Shown: piece after piece, positions 13,141 through 26,290 of the stretch | How positions within the stretch are numbered: position 1 is the stretch's first letter | Layout: each line of letters opens with the position of its first letter | DNA from: Octopus vulgaris | Lineage: Eukaryota | NCBI GenBank assembly: GCA_951406725.2 | Contig: OX597825.1 | Coordinates: 18,476,001-18,540,000, forward strand | Reading direction: 5' to 3' | Length of the DNA: 64,000 nt | Translations under genes and position numbers: made by a program | The notes under the pieces: model-generated | Told to the model about the DNA's origin: nothing | Seen by the model: only the letters and a program-made list of their open reading frames with translations | Database searches by the model: none

Positions 13141-13741
13141 TATTTCTTTACTAACCACAAGGGGCTAAACATAGAGGGGACAAACAAGGACAGACAAACG
13201 GATTAAGTCGATTATATGGACTCCAGTGAGTAACTGGTACTTAATTTATCGACCCCGAAAGGATGAAAGGCAAAGTCGGCCTCGGCGGAATTTGAACTCA
13301 GAACGTAACGACAGACGAAATACCTATTTCTTTACTACTTATAAGGGGATAAACACAGAGAGGACAAACAAGGACAGACAAGCGGATTAAGTCGAGTATA
13401 TCGACCCCAGTGTATAACTGGTACTTACTAAATCGACCCCGAAAGTATGAAAAGCAAAGTCAACCTCGTCGGAATTTGAACTCAGAACGTAAATACAGAC
13501 GAAATACCTATTTCTTTACTACCCACAAGGGGCTAAACACAGAGAGGACAAACAAGGACAGACAAGCGGATTAAGTCGATTATATCGACCCCAGTGCGTA
13601 ACAGGTACTTAATAAATCGACCCCGAAAGGATGAAAGGCAAAGTTGACCTTGGCAAAATTTGAACTCAGAACGTAACGGCAGACGACATACGGCTACGCA
13701 TTTCGCCTGGCGTGCTAACGTTTCTGCCAGCTCTCCGCCTT
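13141..13741 (-). mobile_element. SINE family B trimer (one full head plus two extra 184-bp units)
   Basis: Tails begin at 13141, 13325 and 13509 with the same junction gacgaaatacc|tatttcttt. Confidence 0.9.
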
Positions 13742-13779
13742 TGGATAGTGAATATATCATCATTGATGAAATATTATGA

Positions 13780-15130
13780 GACAAATTATTCAGGTTCGCC
13801 TGTGCGGAGTAGCAAGTGCCAAAGCTGAGATAAAGATGGGTTGCAGTAGAATATGGGTTTGACTGTTGTGCTGATAAATTTTACGAGAGTACATCAACCA
13901 TTACAGCATTCAATTTAATTTAGAATGTTTGAATTAGTAATATTAGCACTGACCCCTACGAGGAAAGATGAGTATTCTTTTGTGCGTATCACTTGAACTT
14001 GTGGGTTAGGATTTGATTTGATAAAAGGCTTTAGGATTTCTTGACCCAGAAGAAAGTCAGTCGTTGTGATACACTATGTGCTCTGTGTTAAAGCTGTGCT
14101 ATGGGCAGGTATCTCAGTAATGACTTTACCGGGTATTTCTATGATTTTTGAGTAGCTTAGTCGCGTGCTTTTAGATGTAAGAGTGATTGTATGTGAAATT
14201 ATTTTCTTGGAATGCGTAGTTGCATCATTATGCGTTTGAGGGAGACTTTATTGGATGATGCTTTCGAGTTTTCTGTTTATGGAGTAACCGTGGGTTTGCC
14301 ATGAGGTACCTAAATTTTTATGTGCATTGCAGAAAGTTGCATCAGCAAAATTGTTGATGGTGGGATCTGTAACGATAACTCCCATCGAAGAAATGAAATA
14401 TGGATGCACAGTAGAGACATACTGTTTTGCGAAGACGTCCATGTATCAGGCGGTTACGAATGTATCTCGACACTAGTTTCACAGAATTTCTCAAGAGAGA
14501 TTACGAGCGGGTTAATCATACAGAAGAATAAGACCCTTTTTTGCAGGGCTGGCTTCAGGCAAGCTGTACTTGTAGCTGCTGAGGAAGAAGAGAAATTTAG
14601 AATATTGGAGAATATTGTTAATAGCTGTTATATTCTTTCTTTTAGAGTACTTCTCATTTAACCGCCAAACACGCAGTGTGTTTTTATTTAGAAATTAATA
14701 AGTTTCATGACATTTAAAATCTTGCTACAGAATGTATCACGAGAAACAACTGAATGGCAACAATAATCAAAACAGTGTGAGTTATTGAAAATTATTTTTA
14801 AAGTTTTGTCATGGTGGGAAGGTCAACGCTCTTGGATCTCTTTTGGCGGTCGGAGTCTGATTAAAAGAAAGAAAGAATGCATCTTCAGGCTAGAAACCTG
14901 TCTCGAGTGCTTACAGAAGCCAGTGCTCAAATGGATTAGTATTAGTCAGCCGACCGAATTATTAAGTCTACTAAGATCAGGAATAAGATGTCTCCCCATT
15001 TTCCACAAGAATTTGGTAAACTTTATCATACTAAAAGACATTTGGTCAAAGTGGTGTAAAATAACCTTGAATCTGAAAGAGGGGAAATGGCAAGATGAAG
15101 TTTTTAGCCAAAGGACAATTCCTGCGTCTA
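13780..15130 (-). pseudogene. Possible highly decayed L1/Tx1-like LINE fragment
   Basis: Minus-strand 'IKFTKFLWKMGRHLI...NSVG*LIL' loosely resembles the post-RT FLW.G...GGL.L motif. Strand-biased composition. Weak support. Confidence 0.3.
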
Positions 15131-15347
15131 TACTTAATGTTGTGTAGTGATATAACGAATTCTGATTTTGTGTTTATCCGGCTTTACGCTCTGAGTTTGA
15201 ATGCTGCTGAGGTCGTCATTATCTTTTATCATTTTGAGGTCGATAAATTTAGTACCAGTTGAACACTGGAGTCGATGTAATCGATTGGCCTCTGCCCAAC
15301 AAAATGTCAGCCCTTTCATTAATTGTAGGAAGAATTATTTCAAGCTT

Positions 15348-15568
15348 TCGAAAGGGTGCTGAAAAGCCCCTGGCTTAAAAGGTTATGCGAAAGGCCTGTT
15401 TAGCGGCCCCACTTTCTGAATTCTTATAGAAAGCTTAGGAAAACTGAAGGACCGCTGAAATAAGTGTGTGAATCTGAGAAGGGAACATATTGAATAAAAT
15501 TATAATTAACTGAACCTCCCATATTTTCCATTACCGAAAATTAGTAACTTTCCAGCATCCTTTCGTAT
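15348..15568 (+). mobile_element. Mariner-derived MITE
   Basis: Imperfect TIRs 'tcgaaagggtgctgaaaag' and 'ctttccagcatcctttcgta'; internal RKLKDR*NKCVNLRREHIE* is a mariner transposase C-terminus. Confidence 0.75.
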
Positions 15569-15878
15569 ACAAAATACTCGCAATTTTACTCAATGTTATT
15601 TATTCAAACAACGGCAATCCAACATTCAGCAAAATATTAGGGGACTACTTCGTTTGGCTTTTCTTGAAGACCCTATTCTACTGCGTAGTCTGCGATTTGG
15701 CCACATCCCTGTAAATGTAAATTCAGATATTGGCATTCATTCCTCGGGGCCTCTCTGTCCTTTGATATATTTCTGCTGTTTCCAACTTCGTATATTCCTT
15801 ACATACTGCGACGCTATACTTCGCGGGTAAATTCGTTACAAACATCTGGAAAAAAAATCGTGGATATCATTTTTTAAA

Positions 15879-16115
15879 TTCTTTTACTTGTTTCAGGTAA
15901 TTTGACTGTGGCCATGCTGGAGCATGCTTTCTTTTAGTCCAAGAAATCGACGCCTCGACATATTTTTTGTAAGCCAGGTACTTAACCTACCGGTTTCTTT
16001 TTCCGAACTGCTAAGTTACTGGGACGTAAACATACCAACATCTGTTGTTAAGCGATGGTGGCGGGACAAATACAGACGCGAACGCACAAATATATACATA
16101 TATATATACATACAT

Positions 16116-16147
<32 letters not shown>

Positions 16148-16315
16148 GTATACTACTGGCTTCTTCAGTTTCCGTCTATCAAATACACTCACAAGGCTTT
16201 GGTCGGACCGAGGCTACATTAGAAGACACTGGCCCAAGGTGCCTGGCTGTGGGATCGAATCCCGAACCATGTTATTGGTAAGTAAGCTTCTTAACACACA
16301 ACCACGTCTTTGCCT
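15879..16315 (-). mobile_element. SINE family A, full length
   Basis: Complete reverse complement of the family consensus with internal microsatellite. Confidence 0.9.
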
Positions 16316-16663
16316 ATATTATGGTAATTTTTCTCGATTCCAATTATCATGCTCGGTAATATCGATGTAATCGATGACATCATCTGCATCTGCTCTTCAG
16401 ATTTGCTGGCACCAACCATCTTGATATCAGCACAAGTTAGAAAATATATTACATTTGCATGATGTTAAAGGTCATATTCCTGATAATTCTGTGCGCGATT
16501 TACGGGCACGATAATTTCTTGATAAGAATTTCGGGCGCTTTTGTTTTGTTAATATAGTTACTTAGCCAAGGTCAGCAGTAATCCTCCATGCCCATTATCA
16601 AATGTAGCTCCATGTAACACATACGTCTTTCATATATACACCCACACACATACACACATTATA

Positions 16664-16706
<43 letters not shown>

Positions 16707-16834
16707 GTATATACCTACTTGGAAATGGGTGCGTCAATTAAATAATAAAAGATTATATATATATAACATTATATATATATATTGAATCTTATTATCGTGA
16801 GTCTTATACTCTAAACATTGAGCTATGCGACTAA

Positions 16835-16893
<59 letters not shown>

Positions 16894-16902
16894 TATAGTA
16901 TG

Positions 16903-16951
<49 letters not shown>

Positions 16952-17080
16952 CATTTTCCTGTATTTGCACGTCTCTTTACGCGTATTATATATCTATACA
17001 AATACATATATACATGTATGTATATGTATGTGTATATATATATATATATTTATATAAACATATATATATGTTTCTGTCTC

Positions 17081-17231
<151 letters not shown>

Positions 17232-17355
17232 GACTACTTGTCTATCTATGTTTGTATGCCTGTCTATCTGTTTGTCTCTTTGTCTGTTTGTATAGCCGTT
17301 TGTTTGTCTGTTTCTATGTATGTATATAGAAATGCGCATGTATATGTATGTGAGA

Positions 17356-17406
<51 letters not shown>

Positions 17407-17886
17407 ATTGTATGTTTGTGCGTATGTGTATGTAATTGGATTGTATATACACGTTCGTGGAGTATCATTTCTCAGTTTGTATATGTGAACGAGCTACACT
17501 TAATGGATCTGTATTATATTACGAGCAACGGGTCACGGTTTAAAGCCGTGAGACCTCCCATTGAGCTCCGACTAATTGACATAAATGGCTTTTAAAACAC
17601 TTTCCACAGGACAGCAGGCAAAGATCAGATATGAGATGTTTACTTGTCCTTTTGTCAAGCTGTTCTCGTCGATGTTTACACCTGCCTTGACCAAGTACAC
17701 ACACATCTTCTCCAGAATCAGGTATTTTGTTTCATTTGTCGTATCAATTATACACCTCTCGATGTGAATATATACATATATATATATGTATGTATGCATG
17801 TATGTATGAATATATGTATGTAATTGTATGTTTATATATATATAGATAGATAGATAGATATACATATATATATTTATGTAATTGTA

Positions 17887-17937
<51 letters not shown>

Positions 17938-17938
17938 G

Positions 17939-18255
17939 GGCGCAGGAGTGGCTGTGTGGTAAGTAGCTTGGTTACCAACTACATTGTTCTGGGTTCAGTC
18001 CCACTGCGTGGCACCTTGAGTAGATGTCTTATACTATAGCCTCGGGTCGAGCAAAGCCTTGTGGGTGAATTTGGTAGACGGAAGCTGAAAGAAGCCCGTC
18101 GTATATATGTATATATATATATATGTATAAATGTATATGTGTATGTATAGGTTGTGTATCTGTGTTTGTCCCTCCAATATCGCTTGATAACCAATATTGG
18201 TGTGTTTAGGTCCCCCGTAAACTAGCGGTTCGGCAAAAGAGAACGATAGAATATG
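17939..18255 (+). mobile_element. SINE family A, 3'-truncated
   Basis: ggcgcaggagtggctgtgtggtaagtagc (A box), gggttcagtccc (B box). Confidence 0.9.
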
Positions 18256-19641
18256 TACATGCATCAAACATATTTATACGTATGTGTTATTCGTTATATG
18301 TCCCAATATGTTCTTCTCTGTATATGTTATTGTACACTTCGTATTATATACAGGGTACACTACTGCATGTGCATTTCGTACCTGAAAAACAACCCTGAAG
18401 TGTTGAATTACTTATATTACCTCTTAGTTTAATTGCACAGACACACGTACACATGCACACACACGAATGTATATACATACATATATACACAACAGTATAT
18501 ATATATATATACGTGTGTGTGTGTGTGTGTGTACGTAAAAAATACAAACAGGGACAAGAACGCAAAACATTTAGAAGACGATACAAAAAGAACCGGATCA
18601 TCCTCGCAATTTCGGCTGATTAATCTTGAGATTGCTCCGACCTGGCCAGCCCCAAAGGAAAATCTAAGCCAAGCGCATTAGATTCCTTGGAAGAAAGCCT
18701 CGAATGTATACAAAACAAGGACGGAAAAACGGACGATGTAACACGAATAAGAATACAAAAATTCGTAAAAACAATAACGATAACACGAATAAGAATACAA
18801 AAATACGTAAAAATAATAATGATAATAATAATACTAATAAAACAGGACGTCACAGATGCACATGTATATGTATGTATAGGTATGCATGTTTATATGTATT
18901 TAATGTACTTGCATCAATATACAGACACATTATGTATGTATACATGCGTATATGTATAAATACGCTCATACTTATGTCAGTGTGTGTACTTATACATATA
19001 TATATGTGCGTTCGTGTGTGTTTCTTCGGTGATAGAGATGATTGTAGACACACATACATATGTTATTATTAGATAACGCACGCATTAATTTCTCCAGCAC
19101 AAAGAATATTAGCGGAAAATTCCAATCAAAACTTGTAAATATAACACACAGGATAGATGGTTCGAATTGAAAACATGGAATAAATATAATTATTGCTTTT
19201 AATGTGGATGTCAGCAGCCAAGCGTTCTGAACAATTCCATCGAAATTAGTTTCATGTGAATATTTGTGGGCCACTGCTTAGACGCTTATAATTTGTCATT
19301 CAGTATTAGATATTTACATATGGGTCTGTTATTACTTGATAATGTAATGCGTAGGATAATACCTATGGAGTTCATTCAAAGAATAATATCATGTACGTGT
19401 AATCTGTAATTCCAGCGGGTAAAAGAAACTGCAAGTATACGCAAATCTTGAATAAATGCACACACACACACATACACACACACACAATATAATATAATAC
19501 ATATACGAGAGAGAAACAGGTTTCATACAAAAATAGTATACACGTGATATAAATAGGGGAGAAGTAAAAAGAAACAAAGGAAATATACACTAGATATAAA
19601 CGTAATGGCTCTTTTGGATATATAAACACAAAGATATATAC

Positions 19642-19830
19642 ATACAAATAAATAATTTAAGGTGGAATTAAGAAATAGAACAATCATTATCATGAGTGGA
19701 TATAGAAAGTCATACCGGTTTCGTCGACGCTAGTAGGTGAACAGCGACGAAGAAACCGGTATGGTTTTCTATATTGACTCATGACAAGATTATTATAGTT
19801 CTTAATTACACCTCTCATCATTTATTTGTA
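19642..19830. repeat. Long imperfect inverted repeat (~78-bp arms, ~30-bp spacer)
   Basis: 'tacaaataaat...catgagtggatatagaaagtcataccggtttc' versus 'gaaaccggtatggttttctatattgactcatg...atttatttgta'. Confidence 0.85.
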
Positions 19831-19937
19831 CTGCTATATCTAGGCAGTGATTCGACCACGTAAGGCATCAATTCTTAGTTCAGATTCCCTTCTTTTATGT
19901 AATATTATCCCGTGACATATTTCATAATTAAGATTGT

Positions 19938-20158
19938 AACCCGTTAGCATTCACATTATTATGTCCTAAGTAATGCTTATGTAATCATGTTTTGAATTAA
20001 TATTACATTATTTTGTAGCCTTGAGATTTTGATATAGTAACTCTTTTTTATTTAGAATGATAACGTAAGATTGACGTGAGAGGTCAAATCTAACATGATT
20101 GAATAAAAAGTAGGTAGAATACTTGGGTCTGATATGGGCTGTTTAAATCCTAAATAAA
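19938..20158. mobile_element. Possible decayed MITE
   Basis: Begins 'taacccgttagcattc'; a degenerate complementary end 'tttaaatcctaaa' lies ~215 bp later. Confidence 0.35.
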
Positions 20159-20690
20159 GTTCGGTGGTTAGTTCCCACTGCTTAAATGGCTCCTTCGTTT
20201 ATTCGAAATATTCAATTAAAGGACGTGAACCAATCATATTCCACCAAAGTTTCGAAAATCCCGCTCTCTCATTATTATTTTCATGTATTTCTAACAATTT
20301 TCTTGTCACTTTTTTAATGTTCATAATTTTCTTTTCTTATAACAAATATTTTTATTTTTGCCAGCGGCATTTGCAGCAAAGATACACGAATTATTGGATT
20401 TGCCAGATCGAAACTGACATGGATTCCTCTGCTACTAGCAAGCATTACTCGCCATCAATCGATACATCCATAAGTTCATATTTACGTATGCTGGAATTTT
20501 CTTAATTATATATATACACAAGATATGATTATGTGACATTAATATCATCCTTCAATGCATTAATTTCCTCAGTTTCTATAATGCGAGATTTTTTGCTGTT
20601 GTTTGTATTAAATATAAAAAACACCACGCCCATGGTAACACGTATTGATATCGAGCTTCTACCACAGTCTTCTAGGCTTGTTACACTTAC

Positions 20691-20738
20691 ATTAACAACT
20701 TGCACTCCATATATGGAAACAAATTCTTTCGGTAGAAC
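20691..20738 (-). other. Candidate 48-nt exon
   Basis: Minus strand: ttgttctttctggtgctgcagcag|GTTCTACC...GTTGTTAAT|gtaagt. Open as VLPKEFVSIYGVQVVN, or contains an ATG giving MECKLL. No homology recognised. Confidence 0.3.
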
Positions 20739-21859
20739 CTGCTGCAGCACCAGAAAGAACAACAGCAGCAGCAGCAGCAACAGCAGTAGCAGCAACAAAA
20801 GCAGTTGTAACAGTGGCGTTTCTTGCAAAATGACCGAATAATGATAAACGCTTGTATATTCTCTGCAAAATAAAATCAATTGCGCACACATGCTCTGGAT
20901 TTGTGTTAGATATGAATGGAATGAGTGGAGAGTAATATAAATAGTTGCCCTATTGTTATCATATTTGGTCGTTTTATAATATTTGATAAGGCTGTATTTA
21001 CAATCCTACTTTCCTTTGACAATTATTATTCAATATTGATATATATATTTCATTCGTTGGATCTTGAGTTAACCGTATGTTTACAGTATTAGTACGATCC
21101 ATTATAGTTTGTAAGCTAGCATTTATGCCTTTGCGGTCATAAACACTCTTTGGGCAAGTCTTTGTGTGAAGTTTATTGTTCTGTGCCATTCTTTGTCGGG
21201 TTAGTCTCGGGTGAACTGAAAAATAGACAAACAGCAGCTTCAACATAAAAAAAATTGATAGAAGCCATAAAAGTACTGTCAAAGAATAAATTTAATCAAT
21301 ATTTTGTATTTAATAACTCGCTTTAATTAAATTAATAAAATACAGTGAGTGTTAATAACATACAATTCGGAGGGCAGGCATCGCTGTCTGGTTAAAGATT
21401 TCGCTATGCTAAAGAATTTTTCCCCATATACAAGTCTATGCTAAAGAATTTCCCCCACATACAAACATTATTCCAGGTAGTAACGGACAAAGCAAAATGA
21501 TAAAACAGAACTTCTGTTGACAGAGACTGTGCCAAAAGACATTGGTACTGTTCAAGCGTTAGGGTAGTAAATCTACATTCGGTGTAGTATCAACTGAAAG
21601 GCTAATCAGGGCCGTTCTTCTTATAAGACATAGAAATCTTCGGAACTGTTTTCGGTGTTAACTTCTTTATTTCAGGAAGCAGTTTAGAAGCAACTATTTA
21701 CCAAAGCCGTTATGTGTCCAGAAATGTTTACCTCGACGAAAGTTAAGAACGTTTTTAAATAAATAAATACGTATTTGGCTGACTAGAATCTGTTTACATT
21801 AGAAGATAAATTTAGTATTTTGCCCATTCAAAAATTAAATAAAAGACATAAACAATAAC

Positions 21860-22132
21860 CGCAGATGGCTACGTGGCTAGGGAGTTCGTTTTGCAACCAC
21901 GCGATTTTAGGTTCAGTGCTACTGTGCAACACCTTGGGTAAGAGTCTTTTACTGTAGCTCTAGGCCAATTCTATCTATCTGTCTATCTATCAATCTATCT
22001 ATCCATCCATCCCTCCACCCACCCTTCCATCCATCCGTCCGTCCGTCCGTCCATCCATCCATCCATCAATCCATCCATCCACCCACCCATCCACCCATCC
22101 ATCTATCCATCCATCCATCCATCCATCCATCC

Positions 22133-22170
<38 letters not shown>

Positions 22171-22660
22171 GTGTATGTGTGTGTGTATGTGTGTGTATGT
22201 GTGTGTGTGTATGTCTTCCATTGGAGATTCCATGCCTATTTTCTTGGACCAGCAGCACGGACTACCAGCTCACGTGACAGATCTTGTTCGCATTGCGGCA
22301 GAATGTCCATAACATCCCTTACCTGGAAAACCAAGTGTGACTGTCGGTTTAGTCACCGATTATCCGACCTTGAAACAGATACTTCTATCTACATATGTGT
22401 ATGTATGTGGGTGTACTTGTGAATTGTATGTGTGTGTGTTTGTGTGTGTATGTGTGTGCATCTCTGTTTGGTCCCATCCCCGCTCGACAAACGGTGTTGA
22501 ATTTTTACATCCTCGCAATTTAGTGGTGTCAGTGAAAGAAACAGCTGCAACAAGTAACAGACTTAAAAAATAAGTACGGGTGTTGACTGAACCCTTTAAG
22601 GTGGCGCCCCAACATGGCCGCAGTCCAATTGACTCAAATAAGTAGAAGATAAAAGATTAG
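21860..22660 (+). mobile_element. Old SINE A copy with a greatly expanded internal microsatellite and insert region
   Basis: Head at 21860-21970; tail at 22460-22660 'ggtggcgccccaacatggccgcagtcca...aaaagat'. Confidence 0.65.
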
Positions 22661-22959
22661 CAATACATCTTGCAAAGAAATATTTTCTTCATGTTTCACT
22701 GTTTTTTTTTCCTTTCTTTATTTCCTTTTTTTTTTTCTAAATGTATCGCGCATTGAAAAAAACATCACCGAAAGTTGTAGAACAACCTTTTCTAGCGAAT
22801 ATGTTTAGAATATAGGTAGATATCTGCTATTACTTTATTTTCCTACTTCAAGTTTTCTTCCGAATTCCATCACGCAATATTTGATAAAATGGTTTGAATT
22901 AATAAAGTTAATTTGTGTACAATATACATAAATATGTTTATACAAACCTTTTACCAGTT

Positions 22960-23655
22960 TAAATAAGCATGGAGCATATTCGAATCCGTAACAAAGTTTC
23001 CTTTTGTTTTTTGTTTTTTTGGGTTTTTTTTGAGAAAATGTCATGCTGTAGGCAAATAGGTATAAATACACCAAATAGTTAAGAGCGCTCTCCTTTCCGG
23101 CATCTGATGCTGAGGAGGAGCTAATCACTCGAAATGCAAGCATTCATCAGTCAGGGTACGGGGCGTTTCGACGTGCAACAGCGCGTTTACATCTATTTCC
23201 TCTGTTGAGATATATTCTCCATGAAAAAATACACCCAATGGCTTTCTTACGGATACCAATATGCCCCAAGCATATTTGAACAAATAGCAAGATTGTGTTT
23301 GTATTTACGGCGAGCCCCAGATTAGCGCAACCAGTCATAGTATGATGACGGGAAAATAATATAAGCTATCCATCACCTCTTGTCATTTCGTAGGGTTCCA
23401 CATTCTGGCGTCTGATGCTGAAGAGGAGATAACCACACTGAAATGCATACACCCATCAGTCTGGTATAGGGTACCTGGAATTGGTGTGGTATGTTCATAC
23501 CTTGTTTTTTTTTTTTGTTTTTTTTACAGCGAAAAAATTTCTCCATGACAAAATATAGGGAATAACGTTCTTACGGGTTCCGGTGTTCCCAAGCATATTT
23601 GAACTGGTAACAAGCTTGTATTTATGCACACCAGTGCTCAGCGCTTCTAGTCGTA
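22960..23655 (+). mobile_element. Diverged tandem of ~310-bp units carrying type I hammerhead motifs (retrozyme-like)
   Basis: HHR motifs at 23104-23150 and 23412-23459. Shared blocks 'ttctccatga.aaaata', 'ttcttacgg', 'cccaagcatatttgaac'. Partial third unit near 22972. Confidence 0.75.
23104..23150 (+). ncRNA. Type I hammerhead ribozyme motif
   Basis: CUGAUG / CUGAGGA-G / GAG cuaauca CUC / GAAA / UGC aa GCA / UU / CAUCAG: all three stems pair. Confidence 0.7.
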
Positions 23656-24175
23656 AATGTATTTATATATTTCTTAATATTTCTCAATATTGACACCAAT
23701 ACCGAGTTAGAAATAAATAAACGAGAAATAATAATCGATAACCATATGCAATATACAAACATATCGATATATTACACAATATATTCAAACAAGATCTAAA
23801 TGCATTTTTGCATTAAATTTCAAATTTACATTCGAAAATACGGAAGACAAACAACATAAAAAACGACGTGACAATTTCCTCCCGTTCGCGAACAGTCGAA
23901 AATATATTAAAATACGTTGCTAGCGCTACAACTTGGTTAAGATTTTAAACAAATTATTTGTTTCGCTTTGTTTGTGTCTACGCGTGCGCATAGAGGAACA
24001 CATCCGTGCATGTACACAAACGCATCCATACGAAAGAACAACACAAACCTACATTTCTGTTCTACCTACACATATATGTACGTATATATAGGAGTATGAA
24101 TGTATATATATATATTTCTTTATTTTGTTATTATATAAATATGTATATATATGTGTATATATATATATATGTGTG

Positions 24176-24270
<95 letters not shown>

Positions 24271-24401
24271 ACATGTATATATATATATGTATATAAATAT
24301 ATATATGTATTATATATATATATATATATATATATATCCATTCACACACACATACACACACACATGTATATATATATATATACATACATACATACACACA
24401 T

Positions 24402-24435
<34 letters not shown>

Positions 24436-24671
24436 TTATTTATAATATTGCTTATGCCTAAATACCGCGTCGCGCTAACACAGGCGCACACATACATACA
24501 TACATACATACATACATACATACATACATACATACATACATGCATACATACATACATACATACATATACACACATTCACATACACGCACACATATTGCTT
24601 ATGCCTAAATACCGCTTGACGCTAAAACACACGCACACATACATACATAAACACACACACTCACATACACG

Positions 24672-24741
<70 letters not shown>

Positions 24742-25044
24742 AGCAAAGATATATGAGTGTGGTTATGCATATTATATAGGAAAGGAGGCAGTTGGTAATT
24801 TCAGTTTTTCTTCTAAATATTGAAACGAATATTTTACAATATCAGAGAGTTTTCATTCTTCAGGACTAGTTACAGTGAAATTATTCATATCTTATGGAAT
24901 AATGTAAGGTCTAACAGTTATAATGCCTTTGAATGTAGATGACTGATAGTCTAGGAGTGACTTGGGGCTAAACAGCCACCACACTATATCCATCTGTTAT
25001 CGTAAGTTTTTTACTGCAGAATACTACTTCACTCCGTCTTCTCA

Positions 25045-25465
25045 AGCGTAGGAGTGGCTGTGTGGTAAGTAGCTTGCTTACCAGCCACATGGTTCCGGGT
25101 TCAGTCCCATTGTGTGGCACCTTGGACAAATGTCTTCTACTATAGCCTCAGCCCGACCAAAGCTTTGTGAGTGGATTTGGTAGGCGGAAACTCTGAAGAG
25201 TCTTGTCGTATATATGTATATATACATATATATATTTATGTTTGTGTTTGTGTGTCTGTGTTTGTCCCCCCAACATCACTTGACAACCGATGCTGGTGTG
25301 TTTACATCCGCGTAACTTAGCGGTTCAGCAAAAGAGACCGATAAAATTAGTACTGGGCTTACAAAGAATAAGTTCTGGGTTCGATTTGCTCGATTTCAAG
25401 GTGGTGCTCCAGCATGGCCTCAGTCAAATGACTGAAAGAAGTGAGAGAGTAAAAGAGTAAAGAGT
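25045..25465 (+). mobile_element. SINE family A, full length
   Basis: tRNA-like head, central (TA)/(TG) microsatellite, tail ending gagtaaaagagtaaagag. Confidence 0.93.
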
Positions 25466-26056
25466 CTAATAAATCTGGAGATTTAGGTCAATTTCCGAAT
25501 GCATAGATTACGAGATTGCATGGTTCTTAGTTCTGTCACATGGGACCAGTTTCTTTAATCAAGTCAATTGATATCCGCTGATCTATTATCCCTGCGTTTA
25601 AGGAATTAGCAAGCATGAAATACAGTTTGTGATACTGTAGACAATGAAAGCATGTTGCTATTGTATCGTTAGAATGTATGCATTTGTGCGGGGTATTATT
25701 TTGCTTGCATCCGGTAGTGGTGGCCCCAGGTAAGGAATTCTAAAATCTTGCGTAGTTTGGAACCAGGTCGTAGCCACTATTAACCTTAAACGGAGTACCA
25801 GCTATAGGTTGATTAGTATGTCACGGAATTGTCTCTGGGGAAAGTCACTCACAGTGACCCCAACGGTGTCAGAGAAGAGGGAACCCTAAGAAAAGTTAAT
25901 ACCTAGCATTTTCTACATCCTGATTACTACTGGGCTTTTCATGCTTGTTGCGACAAGCAAATGCAAGTTTGAAGGATGAAAGAATAGGAATGGCTCTGCA
26001 CAAACTATACTCACTATAATAATACTTTTCATGCAGTTTGTTCAACAAATTACGAT

Positions 26057-26290
26057 ATATTTCTTTATTGCCCACAAGGGGCTATGCATAGAGGGGACAA
26101 ACAAGGAAAGACAAAGGGATTAAGTCGATTACATCGACCCCAGTGCGAAACTGCTATTTAATTTATCGATCCCGAAAGAATGAAAGGCAAAATCGACGTC
26201 GGCGGAATTTGAACTCAGAACATAATGACAGACAAAATACCGCTAAGCGTTTCGCCCGGCGCGCTAACGTGTCTGCCAGCTTGCCCCCTT
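26057..26290 (-). mobile_element. SINE family B, full length
   Basis: Matches 3621-3853. 'caaattacgata' occurs on both sides (26046 and 26294) and is a probable target-site duplication. Confidence 0.9.

Noticed and set aside
18535-18860. Possible further Penelope/hammerhead remnant (minus strand cagccGAAAttgc) with a 42-bp tandem duplication
   Set aside because: The CUGANGA half is absent in this copy, so no ribozyme can be supported.
21560-21700. Tc1/mariner-like 'LIGPFF' transposase trace
   Set aside because: Too short and degenerate to support.
24445-24625. Duplicated 24-bp motif atattgcttatgcctaaataccgc
   Set aside because: Most simply a local slippage duplication within microsatellite; no sign of function.
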